A stretch of 64,000 nt of DNA, taken from IMG/VR virus record IMGVR_UViG_3300035454_001303, positions 1 through 64,000 of that record; one strand, 5' to 3'. Below are positions 8,739-18,296 of this stretch, piece after piece (the stretch's first letter is position 1; the number at the start of each line of letters is the position of its first letter). The DNA is from a virus (Duplodnaviria > Caudoviricetes). Below the pieces are notes generated by a model that did not search any database, had not been told where the DNA came from, and saw nothing but the letters and a program-made list of their open reading frames with translations. The translations under genes were made by a program, and so were the position numbers.

Positions 8739-9800
8739 TTATTCCTGTGATTCTTCAGCCCAGGCCAGCATTGCGGAAAGCTCTTGTGCCCATTCCGTTG
8801 ATATCCGAATCCGAAGGAACGTCTTGAAAAGCTCATCCATCACGTCGATCATGGCGGACACCATGAACAGCCTCTCCAGGTTTCGGCCTTCTGGTGTCTC
8901 GTTTTCCTCCACTTCGGCGCTCATGGGGAGCTTCACGGACTGGAACTGGAAGGAATCCCCCTTGTAGCCAAACTCCCAAGCCGTACCGTCCTTTTCGATT
9001 CTAAGCCGGGCATCCTTGACCTTTTTCCCCTGCCGAAGGGCCTCTTTTGCTTCGTTGAGATCGAAGTTCACCCCGGAGCATACGACGGTCTCGGTCATCT
9101 CTCCTTCGCCGGACTCAAGGGCCATGCGACGGACAAAGTTGACGGCATAGTCTTCACCATTCATGGCAATTTTCCCGTCTCTTTGCTGGCTCTTGAACCA
9201 CAGCCAGGTCATGAATTCGCGGCCTACTGTCATCAGAGACAGTCCGGCTTTCTCCAGGTCTTCATTGCTCACCAGGTCAAAGAATTTGACGCGTAACCCG
9301 AAAGCTTCCTTAAAAATGTCCATGAATTCCTGAATCAATTTATTGGTGAGGAATGACACATAGACGATCCCCGAAGTGGTATTGATCGCCACGTCGTATA
9401 TGGCGGTTACGGGAGGGATATTTTTGAGAAGCTCCGTCCGCACGGCTTCCCTGATACGCTCACGCTGTTCTCTGTAAAGCCTCTTCTGCCCGCTTTCCTG
9501 AAGGTACTTTTTCGTTTCTTCAAGGACCCGGATCTTCATTGTCGAGGCGGGAATTGCGCGCCGGTCGATCCGCAGAGAAAACACGCGATAATCTCCCAAA
9601 AGGGTCGTTTCGGTTATGAAATTTGCATCCAAGCAGTCATTGATCGAGACGAAGCCAGCATTCTTTTCCGCATTTTCGGGGAATAGATTGCTGAAGGCCA
9701 TCTTCTTGATTTGCTCATCGAACATCGGCAAGGACATATCCTCTCCATCGATTTGAAGCCGCGTTATTCCCGAAATGTTTCCGACAAAAAATCCGCTCAT
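8739..9800 (-). CDS. rdgC: Recombination-associated protein RdgC (fused two-domain form)
   Basis: N-term ...FSLRIDRRAIPAST...VRTELLKNIPP; C-term GREFMTWLWFKS resembles the second gene of the deltaproteobacterial rdgC pair. Confidence 0.75.
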   Translation of the reverse strand: MSGFFVGNISGITRLQIDGEDMSLPMFDEQIKKMAFSNLFPENAEKNAGFVSINDCLDANFITETTLLGDYRVFSLRIDRRAIPASTMKIRVLEETKKYLQESGQKRLYREQRERIREAVRTELLKNIPPVTAIYDVAINTTSGIVYVSFLTNKLIQEFMDIFKEAFGLRVKFFDLVSNEDLEKAGLSLMTVGREFMTWLWFKSQQRDGKIAMNGEDYAVNFVRRMALESGEGEMTETVVCSGVNFDLNEAKEALRQGKKVKDARLRIEKDGTAWEFGYKGDSFQFQSVKLPMSAEVEENETPEGRNLERLFMVSAMIDVMDELFKTFLRIRISTEWAQELSAMLAWAEESQE

Positions 9801-9821
9801 AGTTCTCTCCTTTTCAAATAG

Positions 9822-10631
9822 TTATCCAATTTCTTCTTCCGGCAATCCCAAGATCTTCTTGATGCTATCCTTCCAATGAACTTGCGGCTTTTCATTCAGG
9901 CGCCTATAGAGGTCCTTTATGAATTCGTTCGATTGGGCATCGAAGACGCGATGCAGGAACGATCTTTCCTTGCTTGACCATCCATCAGTATTGACGCGGT
10001 GGGAAATCCGGTTCATCTTTCCGATCCAGATCGAATCCGTCACGAGTAATGAAACCGCATTGACCAACTCGTAAATCTTGTTGTCGAGGTAGGGTTCACA
10101 AGACACGGACGTTTCAAACCCGCTTGCATAAGCAGTCCACAGGCTTTCGTATCGTTCGTCATATGTCGGTGCTCCGGGCTCCCAAAATGCCAGGATATCG
10201 TTGTTCATGCTGCCAATAGTGAACCTGAAGACGATCTGCCTGCGATACTTCAGAAGCTCTCCGCAGAGGTGCTTCACGACATCATGATGGGGCTTCGTAA
10301 CGATCAAGACCTGATTTAGGCTCGAAGCCTCCAGCATCGATTTGAGGGTTGCCGTAACAACATCAAGATGCTCAGGAAAGAGATCGTGGGTGGACGGGAA
10401 CATGATCCGGCGCGGCTGGGCAAAAAGCCGAGCGGCTTTCTTGCGCGCCAGATCGCTTTCGGCCCTTTTGTTCAGCCTCATTTCTTTCCACTGGCCCGCT
10501 GCCTTGATCTGTCCGAATCGCAGGGCGTTTGCTCTGGCGTAGCAGTAACGGCAATCGTGCCGGCATCCGACATAGAGGTTCCTGGTATCGTTTGCCCATT
10601 CCCTGGTTCCTTTTTTTCGTGCTGGTTCCAT
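9822..10631 (-). CDS. DUF5131/Gp37Gp68-like radical-SAM-type protein
   Basis: TREWA...NLYVGCRHDCRYCYA, THDLF, LIVTKP, VSCEP motifs. Confidence 0.75.
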   Translation of the reverse strand: MEPARKKGTREWANDTRNLYVGCRHDCRYCYARANALRFGQIKAAGQWKEMRLNKRAESDLARKKAARLFAQPRRIMFPSTHDLFPEHLDVVTATLKSMLEASSLNQVLIVTKPHHDVVKHLCGELLKYRRQIVFRFTIGSMNNDILAFWEPGAPTYDERYESLWTAYASGFETSVSCEPYLDNKIYELVNAVSLLVTDSIWIGKMNRISHRVNTDGWSSKERSFLHRVFDAQSNEFIKDLYRRLNEKPQVHWKDSIKKILGLPEEEIG

Positions 10632-10846
10632 TATGCAGCCATCTCCTTTTTTAAGGTCTTTCCCTGCTTACAGTCCGCACACATGGCATACGTGAGCTTC
10701 TTTTTCGCCGCGTCTCTGCCCGATGTATATTCCCGGAAAGACACGGCCTGTTCTTGCCTCTTCAGGCATGTTAGCCGGGGAAGGGCGCAGGCCATCTTCT
10801 CGCACCGGAAATAGTTCTGTTGCCCGAGTATTTCTGTCGCTATCAT
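10631..10846 (-). CDS. Small Cys-rich hypothetical protein
   Basis: CEKMAC...CLKRQ...CADCKQG; coupled to the downstream gene. Confidence 0.5.
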   Translation of the reverse strand: MIATEILGQQNYFRCEKMACALPRLTCLKRQEQAVSFREYTSGRDAAKKKLTYAMCADCKQGKTLKKEMAA

Positions 10847-11270
10847 GAAAAACCTCTTGCTGTGCCATTTTGACGATTTCCCTCCAAGGAACCCGGAAGC
10901 GCCGTGTCACTGTCGAAGCGGCGACTGGAGCCCATGACATGAAATCGCCATATATCGGGTACCGGGCAACCAGCCCGAGAAGGTATTCATTGGTGTATCT
11001 TGCCCTGAATGGGCGCTTTTTCCCTTTCGGCCATCCCTTTCTTGTCGTTCCGACGCCTCGGCATTCTGGCCTCATTTCCCGTTGGGGTTTGAAGTATTGA
11101 TGGAGATTGAACCTCGTGCAAAGCTGACGAAAATAAGACAGATTGAAGTGGAGGATATTAGCCGTTGCAGCCCGAGAATAACCCATCACGGCGAATCCCC
11201 TTACGACATCCCGAAACGGCTCTCCAAATTCACGTCTTACCTGGTGGACCTTCGTCATCATCATCTCCAT
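10668..11270 (-). CDS. Hypothetical basic protein, possibly HTH
   Basis: Start overlaps the helicase stop; the C-terminal part overlaps 10631..10846, so the true end is uncertain. Confidence 0.45.
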   Translation of the reverse strand: MEMMMTKVHQVRREFGEPFRDVVRGFAVMGYSRAATANILHFNLSYFRQLCTRFNLHQYFKPQREMRPECRGVGTTRKGWPKGKKRPFRARYTNEYLLGLVARYPIYGDFMSWAPVAASTVTRRFRVPWREIVKMAQQEVFHDSDRNTRATELFPVREDGLRPSPANMPEEARTGRVFPGIYIGQRRGEKEAHVCHVCGL

Positions 11271-12988
11271 TGCATATCGAAGCGAGTCGCCTTGTTCGGG
11301 ACGCGCCTATGGCCGGTTCCACGGATATGGCTCATGGGATACGTTGTCTTGACGTGGGACAGGCAGCTTTTCAGCTCCTTAATGGTCATGTCGCGCCGCT
11401 TCTTACCGAAATAGCTATAGACTTCGGCGTTGATTTTCTTGGGGTTGTAGCGGTTCTGAAAAGAATAAGTCCGAATGTGACTTTCAATCTGTTCAAGAAG
11501 ATTGGCCTCGATCTCCGAGCTTGTCTGTGCGGGGGCATCCTCTCTGCCTTCAGGACCGCCCAGGATGATTTCTTTCTTGTCGGTCATACGAGAGGATAGG
11601 GGAACGATTCCCCCTGGGGCCTGGGCCTCGAGAACGAACTCGCCGTTCCCGGATCCGGATTTCGATTTTCCCATGCTCTCTTCCTGCTTGCGTACCTGTT
11701 CCAGAAATGGAACCTGTTCCGCTTCGATGTTGGCGACAATCTGCTTGAAGAGCGGATCGGATGGAGCAAAGACGTGACCGAATTGGAGGCGATACGGCCC
11801 CGCTTTCTTGTCGATCCGGTTGGCGCGAGCCGTCATCTGTTCGATCCAAGGGGTTGATCGGATTCGAGTGAGACATATGATGTGGGATATAGACTCAATC
11901 GAGAGCCCTTCGTAGGCCATGGCCACAGTCACGAGTATGTCAATCTCGCCGGCCTTCATTTTCTTTATGGCAACAAGGGCCTTGTCCGATTCATCCGACG
12001 TGGCAATTTCAAAACGTGCCCTTATCCCCCATTCTTTCAGGTTTTCAGCATGACGCTTTGCCTGTCTGATATCAGAACAGACGACCAGGCAGGTGGCTCC
12101 CGGATTCGATTTTCGGCATGAAAGCCAGTGATCGAGCCCGGCTTTTAGGAGATCTTCGGCGAATTCGGTATGAAGGGCGGTATAGATAGCTTTTGAGGCA
12201 TCGAATTCCGTCATCCGATCCATACTGGCAACGTGGACATTGCGGCCCGTGTTCGATTGCCAGCTTGCCTGGCCATCACTCAGATGGAAGGTGAGGGGAA
12301 TTATCGCGCGCTCGCGTAATGCGTCCTCGCGCGTGTAACGAATAACCTTGGTATCGGCCTTGTCCTGAAGATCCGGAATGAGCCCGGTACCGTTCGCCTT
12401 GTAAGGCATGAAGCCGATCTTGGTCCCGTCTCCGCGTTCCAGGGTGCCGCTCATCATGACGCGGAATTGAGCCATGAAGAAGAGAGGGGCAATTTTCTTA
12501 TGCCAGAGAGAATTATCCTGAATGTGGTGGAATTCGTCACAGATCAAGATATAGCGCCGGAGATCAAACTCATTGAAGAGAATGCCGTCATCCAGGCCAG
12601 CGGCGTTATAGGTAGTCGCGAATCCATGAAGCCCCCTGCAGGGATTGTTTTCGTTCGTGCTGGCCCTAATCTGCAGGCGGTGCCCCAAGGTTTCCCGGAA
12701 GTAAGGGTTGATGAATTCGCGTTCTGCCTGGTCAATGAGGGAAAGGCGGGGGGCTATCCACATCATCTTGTCGGCAAAGCCCTTCTCAATCAGCTTGCCG
12801 GCCAGAAGTGGCAGGATGCTTTTTCCGCCTCCCGGCGTGACGTGACAGTAGATATTCCTGATTCCGGATCCCGAAACGATCCCATCTATGGTTTCTTTGA
12901 ATTCCGTTTGATGTTTCCTGAGCATTTTGCTGTCCTGTTTTATTGTCAGTGTGTGACTATCCCTTTCGACTCCATGACGATCCTGCAA
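11261..12988 (-). CDS. SF2 (DEAD/DEAH, Res-subunit-like) helicase
   Basis: TPGGGKS, ICDEFHH, MSGT, MAYEGLS, QMTARANR; likely start at 12925 (MLRKHQ). Confidence 0.88.
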   Translation of the reverse strand: MQDRHGVERDSHTLTIKQDSKMLRKHQTEFKETIDGIVSGSGIRNIYCHVTPGGGKSILPLLAGKLIEKGFADKMMWIAPRLSLIDQAEREFINPYFRETLGHRLQIRASTNENNPCRGLHGFATTYNAAGLDDGILFNEFDLRRYILICDEFHHIQDNSLWHKKIAPLFFMAQFRVMMSGTLERGDGTKIGFMPYKANGTGLIPDLQDKADTKVIRYTREDALRERAIIPLTFHLSDGQASWQSNTGRNVHVASMDRMTEFDASKAIYTALHTEFAEDLLKAGLDHWLSCRKSNPGATCLVVCSDIRQAKRHAENLKEWGIRARFEIATSDESDKALVAIKKMKAGEIDILVTVAMAYEGLSIESISHIICLTRIRSTPWIEQMTARANRIDKKAGPYRLQFGHVFAPSDPLFKQIVANIEAEQVPFLEQVRKQEESMGKSKSGSGNGEFVLEAQAPGGIVPLSSRMTDKKEIILGGPEGREDAPAQTSSEIEANLLEQIESHIRTYSFQNRYNPKKINAEVYSYFGKKRRDMTIKELKSCLSHVKTTYPMSHIRGTGHRRVPNKATRFDMQWR

Positions 12989-13143
12989 ATGATCCTGTCG
13001 GTCTCGTTCTCAAACGCTTCGGCTCTGCGGTCCGCTTCGTCCCCAGCTTCCTGCATATTCCCTGTGAAGATGTTCTCTTCGCCCAGGTAGCACCCGCCTT
13101 GATCGTGGACGGCGTAGAATTTCCATCGGCGCTTTAGATTCAT
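12946..13143 (-). CDS. Hypothetical protein
   Basis: Fills the gap in the operon with coupled boundaries. Confidence 0.45.
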   Translation of the reverse strand: MNLKRRWKFYAVHDQGGCYLGEENIFTGNMQEAGDEADRRAEAFENETDRIICRIVMESKGIVTH

Positions 13144-13144
13144 A

Positions 13145-13567
13145 TCAGCCTGCCTTCCGCCATCCGCGATATTCGACTTGTCGGGGATCGGGAATGAAGA
13201 CCCCGTATTCCTGGGCGGCCCATCTGACGACCCTGTTCACGTACTCATTGAACTCGTCAGTGCTCAATCGGGTTGTGCTTTTCACCGAAACGAGATCCGG
13301 TGATTTATCGTTCCTGATCTTCAGGAAGTGGAACTTAAGGGCCTCGTGCATCTCTTCGGGGTCATAACCAAAGTGCTTCGATAGGATCTCGATCACGACT
13401 CCCCAGTAGTAGGAATTTTGCTGAAGGCTTCGCTGGCCCCGTCGCTTCCTGAGAATCAGTTCGATCTTCTTCCCATTCAGAGAGGCGAGTTGCACCAGAT
13501 ACCGTTGCGGGTTATCCAGGGTCAGCGTGCCTTTTTCGATGATGCCGGTGAAGATAGGGGTGTTCAT
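13145..13567 (-). CDS. NinB/Orf-like recombination accessory protein
   Basis: RSLQQNSYYWGVV...HEALK...STTRLSTDEFNEYVNRV...GVFIPDP. Confidence 0.7.
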   Translation of the reverse strand: MNTPIFTGIIEKGTLTLDNPQRYLVQLASLNGKKIELILRKRRGQRSLQQNSYYWGVVIEILSKHFGYDPEEMHEALKFHFLKIRNDKSPDLVSVKSTTRLSTDEFNEYVNRVVRWAAQEYGVFIPDPRQVEYRGWRKAG

Positions 13568-13569
13568 GA

Positions 13570-14244
13570 TCAATCCTTGTAGTCTCGGCGAAGAGAACAG
13601 CCGCCCCTTTTCCGGCAATGCTTGATCCTGTATTCAACGTCATCCCAGTGGATGGCGCCGCACTTATCGCACCATGCGTAATCGTCAGACGAGTAAAGGG
13701 AGTCATAGCCAACGGGAACCGCAAGGCGCACATCATGTGAATCAAGGTACTGATCGAACATGGTTATTACGGCATCTGCTTGCTCTATGGTGAGCGACTT
13801 GGCATCGAAAGACATCCCTTCCGAATCTCTACCGCGCATCGTTTCATAGAGGGCTTGCATCCGGGCGATGTAATATTCTTTCGTCCATCTTGACGTGGGA
13901 ACGATGATGGTCTGAAGCCCGTGCCAGAATTCCTTGGCGTCATCCTGGGTGATAATTTCGCCATCTGCCGGGGGGGTTTCTGCCCATTTGCTGAAATCTG
14001 AATAGAGGTATCTCACGAACATATTATGTTCTTCTGCGACTTCGCAGTATGTTTCATCCGATACCCCTTCTTTTGGTTTCGTTGTCTTCCAGTGCTTAGG
14101 GTTGTCGCGATATTGCTCCGTTTCGTACCCAAGCTCTGATTCAACCCATTGAACATGGTCCACGATCCGCTTGAGCGTCCCCTTGGGGACCGTCATGGGG
14201 CCGGAAAACCCCTGCGAAAATTCAAAGAAAACGTGAAAGCTCAT
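13570..14244 (-). CDS. Hypothetical protein, C-terminal Cys cluster
   Basis: Start MSFHVFF directly after the sbcC stop; WCDKCG...HCRKRGGC. Confidence 0.55.
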   Translation of the reverse strand: MSFHVFFEFSQGFSGPMTVPKGTLKRIVDHVQWVESELGYETEQYRDNPKHWKTTKPKEGVSDETYCEVAEEHNMFVRYLYSDFSKWAETPPADGEIITQDDAKEFWHGLQTIIVPTSRWTKEYYIARMQALYETMRGRDSEGMSFDAKSLTIEQADAVITMFDQYLDSHDVRLAVPVGYDSLYSSDDYAWCDKCGAIHWDDVEYRIKHCRKRGGCSLRRDYKD

Positions 14245-14246
14245 GA

Positions 14247-17018
14247 TTACCCCCACACCGGATTCTTGCCGCCGTCGAAAAGCAGAATGTTGTCGGCGAG
14301 CGCTTGGCATTCCGGTTTGTGGCTGATGAAGAACAGATCCTTGAACCCTCCGATTTGCATGAAAGGCCGATAGAGGGCTGCGAATTTGCGCGCATTCTCG
14401 ACATCGAGGGCGCCATCCTGTTCGTCAGCGCCGAAGTAATCGAACTGCCGGCTTGATTTCTTTTGATTGAGCAACGACATGGCGAGCCACAGCGCTTGAA
14501 TGTTCCAGACGCACTGTCCACCGGATATGTCGTCAAGATCGATTTCCTGTCCGTTCTCGGGGATGATCTTGACCTCCAGGCATTCTTTCCCGGTCGCTTC
14601 ATCAAATGTCTTCAGCTTTACTGAGCAATACGATCCATAGGTGCTGTTCAGGAGTTCGTTCGCGTCGGCAATAATCTGCGGTGCCGCCCCTTCGATTTCG
14701 GTAGCAGGGATGTCTTTCCCAACGGCATTTCTGAGAAAGGCCCATTCAGCCACTTCTTTGGCGAACGACTCTTTCTCCGCTTTTGCCTCAACCAATTCCT
14801 TCTCGGCTGCTTCTCCGGATGCGATATTGGTTTGCATAGCGGCAAGGCTTTCCCGAATGGCGGTAATCTCGGTTTCGACAGCGGGTAGGTCTGTTTTCTC
14901 TGTCCTGGAGATCGCTTCTTCGATGGCCTTCAGTCGGTCGCAGGCATCCTTATCTATCGCCTTCTCTACCTCCGAAAGCGATTTCTGAAGTGATTCGATT
15001 GCGGCAGTGGCGGCGGCTTCTTTTGTTTGCCACGCCTCTTTCTTTGCCGTCCCTTGATCGCAGACTTCGGAGATTTGCCTGTCCAGATCCTCCTTGCGGG
15101 ATGCTGCCGTCGTGATATCGTTCAGCTTCTCAGCAAGGGTCCGTTGCTTTGCGATTTCATGTCTGAGGGTGGCCAACTTCTGACGGGCGGTCGTCTGTGA
15201 TGAGGATTTCTGAGTAATGACATCCCGTTCAGCGCTCGCGACGCTCTTTTTTTCATCAATGTCCTTGGAAATCAGCCCTTTCTCTTCTGCAATCTTTTTG
15301 GCCCGCGCTGCTTTTCTGGCCGTGGATTGATCTTTCTTCGCGTTAAGGTCATCAATTGCCGACTGTGTGAGCTTGCGACTGCCCTCAATCAGATCCAGCA
15401 GCCGCTTTCGTTCGTCCGCCACTTCTTCCTTCCTGGTGGCGAGTCGGCCCTCGGCATCAGTCCTTTTGGTCGTAAGGGTGTCGATGGTGCTGCAAATAGA
15501 CGCCTTTTTTTCTTCGATTGCATTCAGGCGGGACGTATATTTCGCTTTCGCTTCAGGAAGGTCCCGTTCGGCTTTCGAGGCAGCCGCTACAGCAACGCAG
15601 GTTGTGCTTTGGCACTTCTCCCCAGGGGTGCATTCATAGCAGTCTCGTTCCGCAGCGCGCGCTGAAAGATTATCGATCTCCAACTTCATCCGCTGAAGAT
15701 CCATGTCGTTATCGAGATCCTTGACCTCTTGGTTATGGGTTGCAATTGACGCCAGTATCGATGCCAGCTCCGTGGAGACATCTTTCGTGGTTGGATCGCT
15801 ATCAAGATCTCTGATCTTCCCCTCAATGTCCTTTGTCGTCATTTCGAGAGAGTGAGAGTTTTCGGTAATCTGAGAGTCGAGACGCGAAATTTCCTCGTTT
15901 ATCTCCTTGAGTTCGTTGTCAGAATCAAGGTTTCGGATCGATGCTTCCAAGGATCGAATGTCAAGCTCTAAGGTGTGTACTGTTTCCTGGTGTTTTGCGA
16001 GTTCATCGCCAAGCTGTTCAAGCTCAGGGGCCAGCTTGTCTATTTCTTCCTGAAGTTCCTTTTCTTTCTTCGAGGCATTCAGAACAGCATCTTTGTCCAC
16101 CAAAATCGCGTTTATCTTATCCAGTTCCGGCTTCAGCTCTTTGTATTTGTCAGCGAGGACTTGCCGCTCGGCGGCGGCGGCCTTTCTCTCTTCTTCGAGT
16201 GCCGATTTCGCCTTGTCGATTTGGGCGCCGAGGTCTGCCCTCCGTTGTTCCTGGATAGCATTCTGTGCGATGATCTCCTTTGTCGATCCGGCCTGCAGGC
16301 GCAATTCGGAAAGACTATCCAACATCCCCTTCTTTCTCGCATCAAGCTCTTCCGCCTTACTCATTTCTTGCGAGTAGGCCGCCCTTAGCTCTTCGAGCCC
16401 CTTTATCCGTTCCTGGAGGGCGTCAATTCGGGAGGATAGCTGAGTCAACTGAGCGGCGATTGCGCTTCCACACTGCTTCGCTTTTTCGCCTTTTTCCGTG
16501 TACTGTTGGAGATTGAGGAATTCCGTCAGCAACTCCTTGAAGACGCCGGCAGTCATGTTTTCCAGTTGCATATCCTTTGTCTTCCGGCGCTTTTGCGGGC
16601 AAAACTGGCTTCTGAAATACGTGAACGGCTGCCCGAAGATCTTGTTCACGTGCTCCTTGTAGGCAGAGATTTTCCCGTTTACGACCGGCTTTCCGTTTAC
16701 CCACAGATAGCCTTCGGTCTTTTGCGATTGCGCATCGATCTTGATGAGGGATCTGTAACGGTCGCCCATAAACTCGCTCTCGAACTCCTTTTCAGAGTTG
16801 CGGAGAAGGACATGCTGCCAAAGCGCTCCATCACGACTCACGAGTTGCGGGTAATGGTGCAAACATTCCAGGACCGTGCTTTTTCCGCTTCCGCACTTTC
16901 CGACAAAACCGGTAAGGCCGTGGCGACCCGTAAAGTCGATTTCGATTTCATCCATGCCGGACCAGTCGAGCAGCGGAGTCGCTTTAATTCCCTTGAAGCC
17001 TTTCAATCTGAGTTTCAT
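14247..17018 (-). CDS. sbcC: SbcC/Rad50-like SMC ATPase
   Basis: Walker A GKCGSGKS, long coiled coil with central Cys hook, ISGGQ signature, DEQDGALD, ISHK. Confidence 0.9.
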   Translation of the reverse strand: MKLRLKGFKGIKATPLLDWSGMDEIEIDFTGRHGLTGFVGKCGSGKSTVLECLHHYPQLVSRDGALWQHVLLRNSEKEFESEFMGDRYRSLIKIDAQSQKTEGYLWVNGKPVVNGKISAYKEHVNKIFGQPFTYFRSQFCPQKRRKTKDMQLENMTAGVFKELLTEFLNLQQYTEKGEKAKQCGSAIAAQLTQLSSRIDALQERIKGLEELRAAYSQEMSKAEELDARKKGMLDSLSELRLQAGSTKEIIAQNAIQEQRRADLGAQIDKAKSALEEERKAAAAERQVLADKYKELKPELDKINAILVDKDAVLNASKKEKELQEEIDKLAPELEQLGDELAKHQETVHTLELDIRSLEASIRNLDSDNELKEINEEISRLDSQITENSHSLEMTTKDIEGKIRDLDSDPTTKDVSTELASILASIATHNQEVKDLDNDMDLQRMKLEIDNLSARAAERDCYECTPGEKCQSTTCVAVAAASKAERDLPEAKAKYTSRLNAIEEKKASICSTIDTLTTKRTDAEGRLATRKEEVADERKRLLDLIEGSRKLTQSAIDDLNAKKDQSTARKAARAKKIAEEKGLISKDIDEKKSVASAERDVITQKSSSQTTARQKLATLRHEIAKQRTLAEKLNDITTAASRKEDLDRQISEVCDQGTAKKEAWQTKEAAATAAIESLQKSLSEVEKAIDKDACDRLKAIEEAISRTEKTDLPAVETEITAIRESLAAMQTNIASGEAAEKELVEAKAEKESFAKEVAEWAFLRNAVGKDIPATEIEGAAPQIIADANELLNSTYGSYCSVKLKTFDEATGKECLEVKIIPENGQEIDLDDISGGQCVWNIQALWLAMSLLNQKKSSRQFDYFGADEQDGALDVENARKFAALYRPFMQIGGFKDLFFISHKPECQALADNILLFDGGKNPVWG

Positions 17019-18283
17019 TATGCTGCCCTCCTTTCCGTGTCGTTTGCGCCGGTGATGACTTTGAGGATGTCTTCGAGTGGCATTGAATCCAGCATTCTGG
17101 CCTTAACGAGTATCGACTCCGGAACCTTTTCTCCCTTGATCTCGGACATGGCCACGAGCTTGTCTTCGAGATTTGCAGCCGCCAGGACCTTTTCAGAGCG
17201 AACGTTTTCACGCGGTACCGGGACGATCCTGATGTCAGCATCAAGAGCGCCTGCCGCGAGGTAGAACTCTTTGATTTGTTTCTTGTCCACAAGGGCCGTT
17301 TCATCTTGCCAGACCTTGATTTCGTGGCGGACTATGGTTCCCGAAACGTCTGGAACAATCACGCCTTCGCCGCCGATCAAGCAGTCGGTAATCGTCAGCC
17401 CAGCCCGGTCGTTGTCGGGTGTCGAGAAATCGTCGGATAGACGGACAGTCTTCTTGCTTGGGGTGTCAAAGTAACGGGACCCAAGGAAAAACTTCCCATT
17501 GGCATCCGGGGTCAGATCGTGAATCCAAAAGCCGGTTTTCTGTTCATCCACTTTCGTGGCGTAAATTGGTCCAGAGAAGAAGAATCGGCCACCAAGCTGT
17601 TGGGCGATGTGAATATGCCCAAGACACCCGAGATCAGGATTTGCCAGCATCATCTGGTCGGTCGAGATCTCGATATCCATTCCGATTCGTTCGTAGCCGC
17701 TGGGGAGTTTCGATCCTGAGATGTTCCAGTGGCCGACAAGAATATGCGGACACCCATAAGGCGCTGCTTGCGCTCCGAACATCTTGAAAAGACCGGACAT
17801 CGCTTCCGCGATTTCGTGATCACTCTCTTTGATTCCGGAAGTCGTTTGAAAGTATTGCTTTGTAGGGGTCGGGACCAAAGAGATAATGGCGTCAGGCATT
17901 CGTGTGCACCCACTAAATGGAAGCTCAAAGAATGCCCCATCAATCATTGCAACCTGTAACGGCATGTCCGCTACTGCAATAGGGAAGGAGCCACGGACGT
18001 GCGCCAGGATCGAAGGGGCGTTACCATCATGGGAGATGGTTCCTCGAACGATTACGACCGGAGAGATGTCGGCCAAAGCTGAAACCCTTGTGATCGCCAG
18101 AAGTGCCGCTTTCGATCCGGCCTCAATGTCCTGGGAATCAAATATGTCGGCTGCAATCGTGATCAGGTCGGGTTTTTCTTCAAGCGCCGTGTCCATGACA
18201 GCACCGGTGCATTTCTCACACTCATCTATGTCTTTGTCGCGTAGATGCCAGTCGGCGGTATGCAAAACCTTAAAAGTCTTCAT
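17018..18283 (-). CDS. sbcD: SbcD/Mre11-like metallophosphoesterase nuclease
   Basis: HTADWHL, ADIFD, RGTISHD, GHW and GHIH motifs; adjacent to sbcC. Confidence 0.9.
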   Translation of the reverse strand: MKTFKVLHTADWHLRDKDIDECEKCTGAVMDTALEEKPDLITIAADIFDSQDIEAGSKAALLAITRVSALADISPVVIVRGTISHDGNAPSILAHVRGSFPIAVADMPLQVAMIDGAFFELPFSGCTRMPDAIISLVPTPTKQYFQTTSGIKESDHEIAEAMSGLFKMFGAQAAPYGCPHILVGHWNISGSKLPSGYERIGMDIEISTDQMMLANPDLGCLGHIHIAQQLGGRFFFSGPIYATKVDEQKTGFWIHDLTPDANGKFFLGSRYFDTPSKKTVRLSDDFSTPDNDRAGLTITDCLIGGEGVIVPDVSGTIVRHEIKVWQDETALVDKKQIKEFYLAAGALDADIRIVPVPRENVRSEKVLAAANLEDKLVAMSEIKGEKVPESILVKARMLDSMPLEDILKVITGANDTERRAA

Positions 18284-18296
18284 GGCTATACCTCGC

